Assembly: GCF_036365525.1 (NCBI RefSeq)
Contig: NC_090378.1
Coordinates: 120,389,593-120,453,592, forward strand
DNA: 64,000 nt
Source: Heterodontus francisci
Taxonomy: Eukaryota
Reading direction: 5' to 3'
Shown: in pieces, positions 23,301 through 38,300 of the stretch
How the letters are laid out: every line of letters starts with the position of its first letter
Position numbering within the stretch: position 1 is the stretch's first letter
Made by a program: the position numbers and the translations under genes
Notes under the pieces: generated by a model
The model's database searches: none
What the model saw: only the letters and a program-made list of their open reading frames with translations
Told to the model about the DNA's origin: nothing

Positions 23301-26300
23301 AACTGTGGGATGTGTCAGTACAGGAGGTGGGACTGTGTGTCCATTATTATATATTATATATAACTGTGGAACGTGTCAGCCGAGGAGGTGGGACTGTGTG
23401 TCCACTATTATATATTATATATAACAGTGGAACGTGTCAGTCGAGGAGGTGGGACTGTGCGTCCATTATTATATATTATATATAACTGTGGAACGTGTCA
23501 GTCGAGGAGGTGGGACTGTGCGTCCATTATTATATATTATATATAACTGTGGGATGTGTCAGTGCGGGAGGTGGGACTGTGTGTCCATTATTATATATTA
23601 TATATAACTGTGGAACGTGTCAGTCGAGGAGGTGGGACTGTGCGTCCATTATTATATATTATATATAACTGTGTAACGTGTCAGTCGAGGAGGTGGGACT
23701 GTGCGTCTATTATTATATATTATATATAACTGTGGAACGTGTCAGTCGAGGAGGTGGGACTGTGCGTCCATTATTATATATTATATATAACTGTGGAACG
23801 TGTCAGTCGAGGAGGTGGGACTGTGCGTCCATTATTATATATTATATATAACTGTGGAACGTGTCAGTCGAGGAGGTGGGACTGTGCGTCCATTATTATA
23901 TATTATATATAATTGTGAGATGTGTCAGTGCAGGAGGTGGGACTGTGTGTCCATTATTATTTATTATATATAACTGTGGGACGTGTCAGTACAGGAGGTG
24001 GGACAGTGTGTCCATTATTATATATTATATATAACTGTAGGATGTGTTAGTACAGGAGGTGGGACTGTGTTTCCATTATTATTTATTATATATAACTGTT
24101 GGATGTGTCAGTTCCGGAGGTGGGACTGTGTGACCATTATTATATGTTATATATAACTGTGGGATGTGTCAGTACAGGAGGTGGGACTGTGTGTCCATTA
24201 TTTTATATTATATATAACTGTGGGATGTGTCAGGACAGGAGGTGGGTCTGTGTGTCCATTATTATATATTATTTATAACTGTGGGATGTGTCAGTGCAGG
24301 AGGTGGGACTGTGTGTCCATTATTATATATTATATATAACTGTGGGATGTGTCAGTGCAGGAGGTGGGACTGTGTGTCCATTTTTATGTATTATATATAA
24401 CTGTGGGATGTGTCAGTTCAGGAGGTGGGACTGTGTGTCGATTATTATATATTGTATATAACTGTGGGATGTGTCAGTACAGGAGGTGGGACTGTGTGTC
24501 CATTATTTTATATTATATATAACTGTGGGATGTGTCAGTACAGGAGGTGGGTCTGTGTGTCCATTATTATATCTTATATATAACTGTGGGATGTGTCAGT
24601 GCAGGAGGTTGGACTGTGTGTCCATTTTTATTTATTCTATATAACTGTGGGATGTGTCAGTGCGGGAGGTGGGTCTGTGTGTCCATTATTATATGTTATA
24701 TATAACTGTGGGATGTGTCAGTGCAGGAGGTGGGACTGTGCGTCCATTATTATATATTATATATAACTGTGGGATGTGTCAGTACTGGAGGTGGGACTGT
24801 GCGTCCATTATTATATATTATATATAACTGTGGGATGTGTCAGTACAGGAGGTGGGACTGTGTGTCCATTATTATATATTATATATAACTGTGGAATGTG
24901 TCAGTGCAGGAGGTGGGACAGTGTGTCCATTATTATATATTATATATAACAGTGGAATGTGTCAGTATAGGAGGTGGGACTGTGCGTCCATTATTATATA
25001 TTATATATAACTGTGGGATGTGTCAGTACAGGAGGTGGGACTGTGCGTCCATTATTATATATTATATATAACAGTGGAATGTGTCAGTGCAGGAGGTGGG
25101 ACAGTGTGTCCATTATTTTATATTATATATAACTGTGGGATGTGTCAGTGCAGGAGGTGGGACTGTGCGTCCATTATTATATATTATATATAACTGTGGG
25201 ATGTGTCAGTACTGGAGGTGGGACTGTGCGTCCATTATTATATATTATATATAACTGTGGGATGTGTCAGTACTGGAGGTGGGACTGTGCGTCCATTATT
25301 ATATATTATATATAACTGTGGGATGTGTCAGTGCAGGAGGTGGGACTGTGCGTCCATTATTATATATTATATATAACTGTGGGATGTGTCAGTACTGGAG
25401 GTGGGACTGTGCGTCCATTATTATATATTATATATAACTGTGGGATGTGTCAGTACAGGAGGTGGGACTGTGTGTCCATTATTATATATTATATATAACA
25501 GTGGAATGTGTCAGTGCAGGAGGTGGGACAGTGTGTCCATTATTTTATATTATATATAACTGTGGGATGTGTCAGTACTGGAGGTGGGACTGTGCGTCCA
25601 TTATTATATATTATATATAACTGTGGGATGTGTCAGTACTGGAGGTGGGACTGTGCGTCCATTATTATATATTATATATAACTGTGGGATGTGTCAGTAC
25701 TGGAGGTGGGACTGTGTGTCCATTATTATATGTTAGATATAACTGTGGGATGTGTCAGTACAGGAGGTGGGACTGTGTTTGCATTATTATATATTATTTA
25801 TAAATGTGGGATGTGTCAGTACAGGAGGTGGGACGGTGTGTCCATTATTATATGTTATATATAACTGTGGGATGTGTCAGTACAGGAGGTGGGACTGTGT
25901 GTCAATTATTATTTATTATATATAACTGTGGGACGTGTCAGTTCAGGAGGTGGGACTGTGTGTCCATTATTATATATTATATATGACTGTGGGATTTGTC
26001 AGTACAGGAGGTGGGACTGTGTGTCCATTATTATATATAACTGTGGGATGTGTCAGTACAGGAGGTGGGACTGTGTGTCCATTATTATTTATTATATATA
26101 ACTCTGGGATGTGTCAGTACAGGAGGTGGGACTGTGTGTCCATTGTTATATATTATATATTATTGTGGGATGTGTCAGTGCAGGAGGTGGGACTGTGTGT
26201 CCATTATTATATATAACTGTGGGATGTGTCAGTACAGGAGGTGGGACTGTGTGTCCATTATTATTTATTATATATAACTCTGGGATGTGTCAGTACAGGA

Positions 26301-29300
26301 GGTGGGACTGTGTGTCCATTATTATATACAACTGTGGGATGTGTCAGTACAGGAGGTGGGACTGTGTGTCCATTATTATATATAACTGTGGGATGTGTCA
26401 GTACAGGAGGTGGGACTGTGTGTCCATTATTATATATAACTGTGGGATGTGTCAGTACAGGAGGTGGGAATGTGTGTCCATTATTATTTATTATATATAA
26501 CTCTGGGATGTGTCAGGACAGGAGGTGCGACTGTGTGTCCATTATTATATATTAGATATAACTGTGGGATGTGTCAGTGCAGGAGGTGGGACTGTGTGTC
26601 CATTATTATATATTAGATAAAACTATGGGATGTGTCAGTACAGGAGGTGGGACTGTGTGTCCATTATTACATATTAGATATAACTGTGGGATGTGTCATT
26701 GCAGGTGGTGGGACTGTGTGTCTATGAGTATATATTATATATTATTGTGGGACGTGTCAGTACCGGGGTTTGGACTGTGTGTTCATTATTATATAAAACT
26801 GTGGGATGTGTCAGTACAGTAGGTGGGACTGTGTGTCTATGAGTATATATTATATATTATTGTGGGACGTGTCAGTACCGGGGTTTGGACTGTGTGTCCA
26901 TTATTATATATTCTATATAACTGTGGGACATGTCACGACAGGAGGTGGGACTGTGTGTCCATTATTATATATTATATCTAACTGTGGGATGTGTCAGTAC
27001 AGGAGGTAGGACAGTGTGTCCATTATTATCTATTATATATAACTGTGGGATGTGTCAGTACAGGAGGTGGGACAGTGTGTCCATTATTATATATTATATA
27101 TAACTGTGGGATGTGTCAGTGCAGGAAGTGGGACAGTGTGTCCATTATTTTATATTATATATTACTGTGGGATGTGTCAGTACAGGAGGTGGGACTGTGT
27201 GTCCATTATTATATATTATATATAACTGTGGGATGTGTCAGTAAAGGAGGTGGGACTGTGTGTCCATTATTATATATTATATATAACTGTGGGATGTGTC
27301 AGTACAGGAGGTGGGACTGTGTTTCCATTATTATATATTATTTATAAATGTGGGATGTGTCAGTACAGGAGGTGGGACGGTGTGTCCATTATTATATGTT
27401 ATATATAACTGTGGGATGTGTCAGTACAGGAGGTGGGACTGTGTGTCAATTATTATTTATTATATATAACTGTGGGACGTGTCAGTTCAGGAGGTGGGAC
27501 TGTGTGTCCATTATTATATATTATATATGACTGTGGGATTTGTCAGTACAGGAGGTGGGACTGTGTGTCCATTATTATATATAACTGTGGGATGTGTCAG
27601 TACAGGAGGTGGGACTGTGTGTCCATTATTATATATAACTGTGGGATGTGTCAGTACAGGAGGTGGGACTGTGTGTCCATTATTATTTATTATATATAAC
27701 TCTGGGATGTGTCAGTACAGGAGGTGGGACTGTGTGTCCATTGTTATATATTATATATTATTGTGGGATGTGTCAGTGCAGGACGTGGGACTGTGTGTCC
27801 ATTATTATATATAAGTGTGGGATGTGTCAGTACAGGAGGTGGGACTGTGTGTCCATTATTATTTATTATATATAACTCTGGGATGTGTCAGTACAGGAGG
27901 TGGGACTGTGTGTCCATTATTATATACAACTGTGGGATGTGTCAGTACAGGAGGTGGGACTGTGTGTCCATTATTATATATAACTGTGGGATGTGTCAGT
28001 ACAGGAGGTGGGACTGTGTGTCCATTATTATATATAACTGTGGGATGTGTCAGTACAGGAGGTGGGAATGTGTGTCCATTATTATTTATTATATATAACT
28101 CTGGGATGTGTCAGGACAGGAGGTGCGACTGTGTGTCCATTATTATATATTAGATATAACTGTGGGATGTGTCAGTGCAGGAGGTGGGACTGTGTGTCCA
28201 TTATTACATATTAGATATAACTGTGGGATGTGTCATTGCAGGTGGTGGGACTGTGTGTCTATGAGTATATATTATATATTATTGTGGGACGTGTCAGTAC
28301 CGGGGTTTGGACTGTGTGTCCATTATTATATATTCTATATAACTGTGGGACATGTCACGACAGGAGGTGGGACTGTGTGTCCATTATTATATATTATATC
28401 TAACTGTGGGATGTGTCAGTACAGGAGGTAGGACAGTGTGTCCATTATTATCTATTATATATAACTGTGGGATGTGTCAGTACAGGAGGTGGGACAGTGT
28501 GTCCATTATTATATATTATATATAACTGTGGGATGTGTCAGTGCAGGAAGTGGGACAGTGTGTCCATTATTTTATATTATATATTACTGTGGGATGTGTC
28601 AGTACAGGAGGTGGGACTGTGTGTCCATTATTATATATTATATGTAACTGTGGGATGTGTCAGTAAAGGAGGTGGGACTGTGTGTCCATTATTATTTATT
28701 ATATAAAACTGTGGGATGTGTCAGTACAGGAGGTGGGACTGTGTGTCCATTATTATATATTATATATAACTGTGGGATGTGTCAGTACAGGAGGAGGGAC
28801 TATGTGTCCATTATTTTTTATTATATATAACTGTGGAATGTGTCAATGCAGGTTTTGGGACTGTGTGTCCATTATTATATATTATATATAACAGTGGGAT
28901 GTGTCAGTACCGGAGGTGGGACAGTGTGTCCATTATTTTATATTATATATAACTGTGGGATGTGTCAGTACTGGAGGTGGGACTGTGCGTCCATTATTAT
29001 ATATTATATATAACTGTGGGATGTGTCAGTACAGGAGGTGGGACTGTGTGTCCATTATTATTTATTATATATAACTGTGGGATGTGTCAGTACAGGAGGT
29101 GGGACTGTGTGTCCATTATTATATATTATATATAACTGTGGGATGTGTCAGTACAGGAGGTGGGACTGTGTGTCCATTATTTTTTTTAGATATAACTGTG
29201 GAATGTGTCAGTGCAGGTTTTGGGACTGTGTGTCCATTATTATATATTATATATAACTGTGGGATGTGTCAGTACCGGAGGTGGGACAGTGTGACCATTA

Positions 29301-32300
29301 TTATATATTATATATAACTGTGGGATGTGTCAGTGCAGGAAGTGGGACAGTGTGTCCATTATTATTTATTATATATAACTATGGGATGTGTCAGTACAGG
29401 AGGTGGGACTGTGTGTCCATTATTATATATTATATGTAACTGTGGGATGTGTCAGTACAGGAGGTTGGACTGTGTGTCCATTATTTTTTATTATATATAA
29501 CTGTGGAATGTGTCAGTGCAGGTTTTGGGACTGTGTGTTCATTATTATATATTATATTTAACTGTGGGATGCGTCAGTACAGGAGGTGGGACTGTGTGTC
29601 CATTATTATATATTATATATAACTGTGGAACGTGTCAGCCGAGGAGGTGGGACTGTGTGTCCACTATTATATATTATATATAACAGTGGAACGTGTCAGT
29701 CGAGGAGGTGGGACTGTGCGTCCATTATTATATATTATATATAACTGTGGAACGTGTCAGTCGAGGAGGTGGGACTGTGCGTCCATTATTATATATTATA
29801 TATAACTGTGGGATGTGTCAGTGCGGGAGGTGGGACTGTGTGTCCATTATTATATATTATATATAACTGTGGAACGTGTCAGTCGAGGAGGTGGGACTGT
29901 GCGTCCATTATTATATATTATATATAACTGTGTAACGTGTCAGTCGAGGAGGTGGGACTGTGCGTCTATTATTATATATTATATATAACTGTGGAACGTG
30001 TCAGTCGAGGAGGTGGGACTGTGCGTCCATTATTATATATTATATATAACTGTGGAACGTGTCAGTCGAGGAGGTGGGACTGTGCGTCCATTATTATATA
30101 TTATATATAACTGTGGAACGTGTCAGTCGAGGAGGTGGGACTGTGCGTCCATTATTATATATTATATATAATTGTGAGATGTGTCAGTGCAGGAGGTGGG
30201 ACTGTGTGTCCATTATTATTTATTATATATAACTGTGGGACGTGTCAGTACAGGAGGTGGGACAGTGTGTCCATTATTATATATTATATATAACTGTAGG
30301 ATGTGTTAGTACAGGAGGTGGGACTGTGTTTCCATTATTATTTATTATATATAACTGTTGGATGTGTCAGTTCCGGAGGTGGGACTGTGTGACCATTATT
30401 ATATGTTATATATAACTGTGGGATGTGTCAGTACAGGAGGTGGGACTGTGTGTCCATTATTTTATATTATATATAACTGTGGGATGTGTCAGGACAGGAG
30501 GTGGGTCTGTGTGTCCATTATTATATATTATTTATAACTGTGGGATGTGTCAGTGCAGGAGGTGGGACTGTGTGTCCATTATTATATATTATATATAACT
30601 GTGGGATGTGTCAGTGCAGGAGGTGGGACTGTGTGTCCATTTTTATGTATTATATATAACTGTGGGATGTGTCAGTTCAGGAGGTGGGACTGTGTGTCGA
30701 TTATTATATATTGTATATAACTGTGGGATGTGTCAGTACAGGAGGTGGGACTGTGTGTCCATTATTTTATATTATATATAACTGTGGGATGTGTCAGTAC
30801 AGGAGGTGGGTCTGTGTGTCCATTATTATATCTTATATATAACTGTGGGATGTGTCAGTGCAGGAGGTTGGACTGTGTGTCCATTTTTATTTATTCTATA
30901 TAACTGTGGGATGTGTCAGTGCGGGAGGTGGGTCTGTGTGTCCATTATTATATGTTATATATAACTGTGGGATGTGTCAGTGCAGGAGGTGGGACTGTGC
31001 GTCCATTATTATATATTATATATAACTGTGGGATGTGTCAGTACTGGAGGTGGGACTGTGCGTCCATTATTATATATTATATATAACTGTGGGATGTGTC
31101 AGTACAGGAGGTGGGACTGTGTGTCCATTATTATATATTATATATAACTGTGGAATGTGTCAGTGCAGGAGGTGGGACAGTGTGTCCATTATTATATATT
31201 ATATATAACAGTGGAATGTGTCAGTATAGGAGGTGGGACTGTGCGTCCATTATTATATATTATATATAACTGTGGGATGTGTCAGTACAGGAGGTGGGAC
31301 TGTGCGTCCATTATTATATATTATATATAACAGTGGAATGTGTCAGTGCAGGAGGTGGGACAGTGTGTCCATTATTTTATATTATATATAACTGTGGGAT
31401 GTGTCAGTGCAGGAGGTGGGACTGTGCGTCCATTATTATATATTATATATAACTGTGGGATGTGTCAGTACTGGAGGTGGGACTGTGCGTCCATTATTAT
31501 ATATTATATATAACTGTGGGATGTGTCAGTACTGGAGGTGGGACTGTGCGTCCATTATTATATATTATATATAACTGTGGGATGTGTCAGTGCAGGAGGT
31601 GGGACTGTGCGTCCATTATTATATATTATATATAACTGTGGGATGTGTCAGTACTGGAGGTGGGACTGTGCGTCCATTATTATATATTATATATAACTGT
31701 GGGATGTGTCAGTACAGGAGGTGGGACTGTGTGTCCATTATTATATATTATATATAACAGTGGAATGTGTCAGTGCAGGAGGTGGGACAGTGTGTCCATT
31801 ATTTTATATTATATATAACTGTGGGATGTGTCAGTACTGGAGGTGGGACTGTGCGTCCATTATTATATATTATATATAACTGTGGGATGTGTCAGTACTG
31901 GAGGTGGGACTGTGCGTCCATTATTATATATTATATATAACTGTGGGATGTGTCAGTACTGGAGGTGGGACTGTGTGTCCATTATTATATATTATATATA
32001 ACTGTGGGATGTGTCAGTACAGGAGGTGGGAATGTGTGTCCATTATTATATATTATATATAACTGTGGGATGTGTCAGTACTGGAGGTGGGACTGTGCGT
32101 CCATTATTATATATTATATATAACTGTGGGATGTGTCAGTACAGGAGGTGGGACTGTGTATCCATTATTATATATTATATATAACTGTGGGACGTGTCAG
32201 TACAGGAGGTGGGACTGTGTGTCCATTATTATATATTATATATAACAGTGGAATGTGTCAGTGCAGGATGTGGGACAGTGTGTCCATTATTATATATTAT

Positions 32301-35300
32301 ATATAACTGTGGGATGTGTCAGTACAGGAGGTGGGACTGTGTGTCCATTATTATATATTATATATAACAGTGGAATGTGTCAGTGCAGGATGTGGGACTG
32401 TGTGTCCATTATTTTATATTATATATAACTGTGGGATGTGTCAGTACTGGAGGTGGGACTGTGCGTCCATTATTATATATTATATATAACTGTGGGATGT
32501 GTCAGTACAGGAGGTGGGACTGTGTGTCGATTATTATATATTGTATATAACTGTGGGATGTGTCAGTGCGGGAGGTGGGACTGTGCGTCCATTATTATAT
32601 ATTATATATAACTGTGGGATGTGTCAGTACAGGAGGTGGGACTGTGTGTCGATTATTATATATTGTATATAACTGTGGGATGTGTCAGTGCAGGATGTGG
32701 GACAGTGTGTCCATTATTATATATTATATATAACTGTGGGATGTGTCAGTCCAGGAGGTGGGACTGTGTGTCCATTATTTTATATTATATATAACTGTGG
32801 AATGTGTCAGTGCAGGATGTGGGACAGTGTGTCCATTATTATATATTATATATAACTGTGGGATGTGTCAGTGCAGGATGTGGGACAGTGTGTCCATTAT
32901 TATATATTATATATAACTGTGGGATGTGTCAGTACTGGAGGTGGGACTGTGCGTCCATTATTATATATTATATATAACTGTGGGATGTGTCAGTACAGGA
33001 GGTGGGACTGTATGTCGATTATTATATATTGTATATAACTGTGGGATGTGTCAGTGCAGGATGTGGGACTGTGCGTCCATTATTATATATTATATATAAC
33101 TGTGGGATGTGTCAGTACTGGAGGTGGGACTGTGCGTCCATTATTATATATTATATATAACTGTGGGATGTGTCAGTACTGGAGGTGGGACTGTGCGTCC
33201 ATTATTATATATTATATATAACAGTGGAATGTGTCAGTGCAGGATGTGGGACAGTGTGTCCATTATTTTATATTATATATAACAGTGGAATGTGTCAGTG
33301 CAGGATGTGGGACTGTGCGTCCATTATTATATATTATATATAACTGTGGGATGTGTCAGTACAGGAGGTGGGACTGTGTGTCGATTATTATATATTGTAT
33401 ATAACTGTGGGATGTGTCAGTGCAGGATGTGGGACAGTGTGTCCATTATTATATATTATATATAACTGTGGGATGTGTCAGTCCAGGAGGTGGGACTGTG
33501 TGTCCATTATTTTATATTATATATAACTGTGGAATGTGTCAGTGCAGGATGTGGGACAGTGTGTCCATTATTATATATTATATATAACTGTGGGATGTGT
33601 CAGTGCAGGATGTGGGACAGTGTGTCCATTATTATATATTATATATAACTGTGGGATGTGTCAGTACTGGAGGTGGGACTGTGCGTCCATTATTATATAT
33701 TATATATAACTGTGGGATGTGTCAGTACAGGAGGTGGGACTGTGTGTCGATTATTATATATTGTATATAACTGTGGGATGTGTCAGTGCAGGATGTGGGA
33801 CTGTGCGTCCATTATTATATATTATATATAACTGTGGGATGTGTCAGTACTGGAGGTGGGACTGTGCGTCCATTATTATATATTATATATAACAGTGGAA
33901 TGTGTCAGTGCAGGATGTGGGACTGTGCGTCCATTATTATATATTATATATAACTGTGGGATGTGTCAGTACAGGAGGTGGGACTGTGTGTCCATTATTA
34001 TATATTATATATAACTGTTGGATGTGTCAGTACAGGAGGTGGGATTGTGTGTCCATTATTTTATATTATATATAACTGTGGGATGTGTCAGTGCAGGAGG
34101 TGGGACTGTGTGTCCATTATTTTATATTATACATAACTGTGGTTTGTGTCAGTACCGGAGGTGGGACAGTGTGTCCATTATTATATATTATATATAACTG
34201 TGGGATGTGTCAGTCCAGGAGGTGGGACTGTGTGTCCATTATTTTATATTATATATAACTGTGGGATGTGTCAGTGCAGGAGGTGGGACTGTGTGTCCAT
34301 TATTATATATTATATTTAACTGTGGGATGTGTCAGTGCAGGAGGTGGGACTGTGCGTCCATTATTATATATTATATATAACTGTGGGATGTGTCAGTACT
34401 GGAGGTGGGACTGTGTGTCCATTATTATATATTATATTTAACTGTGGGATGTGTCAGTACAGGAGGTGGGACTGTGTGTCCATTATTATATATTATATAT
34501 AACTGTTGGATGTGTCAGTACAGGAGGTGGGACTGTGTGTCCATTATTTTTTATTATATATAACTGTGGGATGTGTCAGTACAGGAGGTGGGACTGTGTG
34601 TCCATTATTATATATTATATATAACTGTGGGATGTGTCAGTGCAGGTAGTGGGACTGTGTGTCCATTATTATATATTATATATAACTGTGGGATGTGTCA
34701 GTACAGGTAGTGGGACTGTGTGTCCATTATTATATATTATATATAACTGTGGGATGTGTCAGTACAGGTAGTGGGACTGTGTGTCCATTATTATATATTA
34801 TATATAACTGTGGGATGTGTCAGTGCAGGTAGTGGGACTGTGTGTCCATTATTATATATTATATATAACTGTGGGATGTGTCAGTACAGGTAGTGGGACT
34901 GTGTGTCCATTATTATATATTATATATAACTGTGGGATGTGTCAGTACAGGTAGTGGGACTGTGTGTCCATTATTATATATTATATATAACTGTGGGATG
35001 TGTCAGTACAGGAGGTGGGACTGTGTGTTCATCATTATTTATTATATATAACTGTGGGATGTGTCAGTACAGGTAGTGGGACTGTGTGTCCATTATTATA
35101 TATTATATATAACTGTGGGATGTGTCAGTACAGGTAGTGGGACTGTGTGTCCATTATTATATATTATATATAACTGTGGGATGTGTCAGTACAGGTAGTG
35201 GGACTGTGTGTCCATTATTATATATTATATATAACTGTGGGATGTGTCAGTACAGGTAGTGGGACTGTGTGTCCATTATTATATATTATATATAACTGTG

Positions 35301-38300
35301 GGATGTGTCAGTACAGGTAGTGGGACTGTGTGTCCATTATTATATATTATATATAACTGTGGGATGTGTCAGTACAGGTAGTGGGACTGTGTGTCCATTA
35401 TTATATATTATATATAACTGTGGGATGTGTCAGTACAGGAGGTGGGACTGTGTGTCCATTATTATATATTATATATAACTGTGGGATGTGTCAGTACAGG
35501 TAGTGGGACAGTGTGTCCATTATTGTATATTATATATAACTGTGGGTTGTGTCAGTACAGGAGGTGAGACTGTGTGTCCATTATTATATATTATATATAA
35601 CTGTGGGACGTGTCAGTACAGGAGGTGGGACTGTGTGTCCATTATTATATATTATATATAACTGTGGGACGTGTCAGTACAGGAGGTGGGACTGTGTGTC
35701 CATTATTATATATTATATATAACTGTGGGATGTGTCAGTGCAGGTAGTGGGACTGTGTGTCCATTATTATATATTATATATAACTGTGGGATGTGTCAGT
35801 GCAGGCGGTGGGACTGTGTGTCCATTATTATTTATTATATATAACTGTGGGATGTGTCAGTGCAGGTAGTGGGACTGTGTGTCCATTATTATATATTATA
35901 TATAACTGTGGGATGTGTCAGTGCAGGCGGTGGGACTGTGTGTCCATTATTATATATTATATATAACTGTGGGATGTGTCAGTACAGGAGGTGGGACTGT
36001 GTGTCCATTATTATGTATTGTATATAACTGTGGGATGTGTCAGTGCAGGTAGTGGGACTGTGTGTCCATTATTATATATTGTATATAACTGTGGGATGTG
36101 TCAGTGCAGGTAGTGGGACTGTGTGTCCATTATTATATATTATTTTTTACTGTGGGATGTGTCAGTACAGGAGGAGGGACTGTGTGTCCATTATTATATA
36201 TTATATATAACTGTGGGATGTGTCAGTACAGGAGGTGGGACTGTGTGTCCATTATTATATATTATTTTTTACTGTGGGATGTGTCAGTACAGGAGGAGGG
36301 ACTGTGTGTCCATTATTATATATTATATATAACTGTGGGATGTGTCAGTACAGGAGGAGGGACTGTGTGTCCATTATTATATATTATATATAACTGTGGG
36401 ATGTGTCAGTACAGGAGGTGGGACTGTGTGTCCATTATTATATATTATATATAACTGTGGGATGTGTCAGTACTGGAGGTGGGACTGTGCGTCCATTATT
36501 ATATATTATATATAACTGTGGGATGTGTCAGTACAGGAGGTGGGACTGTGTGTCGATTATTATATATTGTATATAACTGTGGGATGTGTCAGTGCAGGAT
36601 GTGGGACTGTGCGTCCATTATTATATATTATATATAACTGTGGGATGTGTCAGTACTGGAGGTGGGACTGTGCGTCCATTATTATATATTATATATAACA
36701 GTGGAATGTGTCAGTGCAGGATGTGGGACTGTGCGTCCATTATTATATATTATATATAACTGTGGGATGTGTCAGTACAGGAGGTGGGACGGTGTGTCCA
36801 TTATTATATATTATATATAACTGTTGGATGTGTCAGTACAGGAGGTGGGACTGTGTGTCCATTATTTTATATTATATATAACTGTGGGATGTGTCAGTGC
36901 AGGAGGTGGGACTGTGTGTCCATTATTTTATATTATACATAACTGTGGGTTGTGTCAGTACCGGAGGTGGGACAGTGTGTCCATTATTATATATTATATA
37001 TAACTGTGGGATGTGCAGTCCAGGAGGTGGGACTGTGTGTCCATTATTTTATATTATATATAACTGTGGGATGTGTCAGTGCAGGAGGTGGGACTGTGTG
37101 TCCATTATTATATATTATATTTAACTGTGGGATGTGTCAGTGCAGGAGGTGGGACTGTGCGTCCATTATTATATATTATATATAACTGTGGGATGTGTCA
37201 GTACAGGAGGTGGGACTGTGTGTCCATTATTATATATTATATATAACTGTGGGATGTGTCAGTGCAGGTAGTGGGACTGTGTGTCCATTATTATATATTA
37301 TATATAACTGTGGGATGTGTCAGTACAGGTAGTGGGACTGTGTGTCCATTATTATATATTATATATAACTGTGGGATGTGTCAGTACAGGTAGTGGGACT
37401 GTGTGTCCATTATTATATATTATATATAACTGTGGGATGTGTCAGTGCAGGTAGTGGGACTGTGTGTCCATTATTATATATTATATATAACTGTGGGATG
37501 TGTCAGTACAGGTAGTGGGACTGTGTGTCCATTATTATATATTATATATAACTGTGGGATGTGTCAGTACAGGTAGTGGGACTGTGTGTCCATTATTATA
37601 TATTATATATAACTGTGGGATGTGTCAGTACAGGAGGTGGGACTGTGTGTTCATCATTATTTATTATATATAACTGTGGGATGTGTCAGTACAGGTAGTG
37701 GGACTGTGTGTCCATTATTATATATTATATATAACTGTGGGATGTGTCAGTACAGGTAGTGGGACTGTGTGTCCATTATTATATATTATATATAACTGTG
37801 GGATGTGTCAGTACAGGTAGTGGGACTGTGTGTCCATTATTATATATTATATATAACTGTGGGATGTGTCAGTACAGGTAGTGGGACTGTGTGTCCATTA
37901 TTATATATTATATATAACTGTGGGATGTGTCAGTACAGGTAGTGGGACTGTGTGTCCATTATTATATATTATATATAACTGTGGGATGTGTCAGTACAGG
38001 TAGTGGGACTGTGTGTCCATTATTATATATTATATATAACTGTGGGATGTGTCAGTACAGGAGGTGGGACTGTGTGTCCATTATTATATATTATATATAA
38101 CTGTGGGATGTGTCAGTACAGGTAGTGGGACAGTGTGTCCATTATTGTATATTATATATAACTGTGGGTTGTGTCAGTACAGGAGGTGAGACTGTGTGTC
38201 CATTATTATATATTATATATAACTGTGGGACGTGTCAGTACAGGAGGTGGGACTGTGTGTCCATTATTATATATTATATATAACTGTGGGACGTGTCAGT

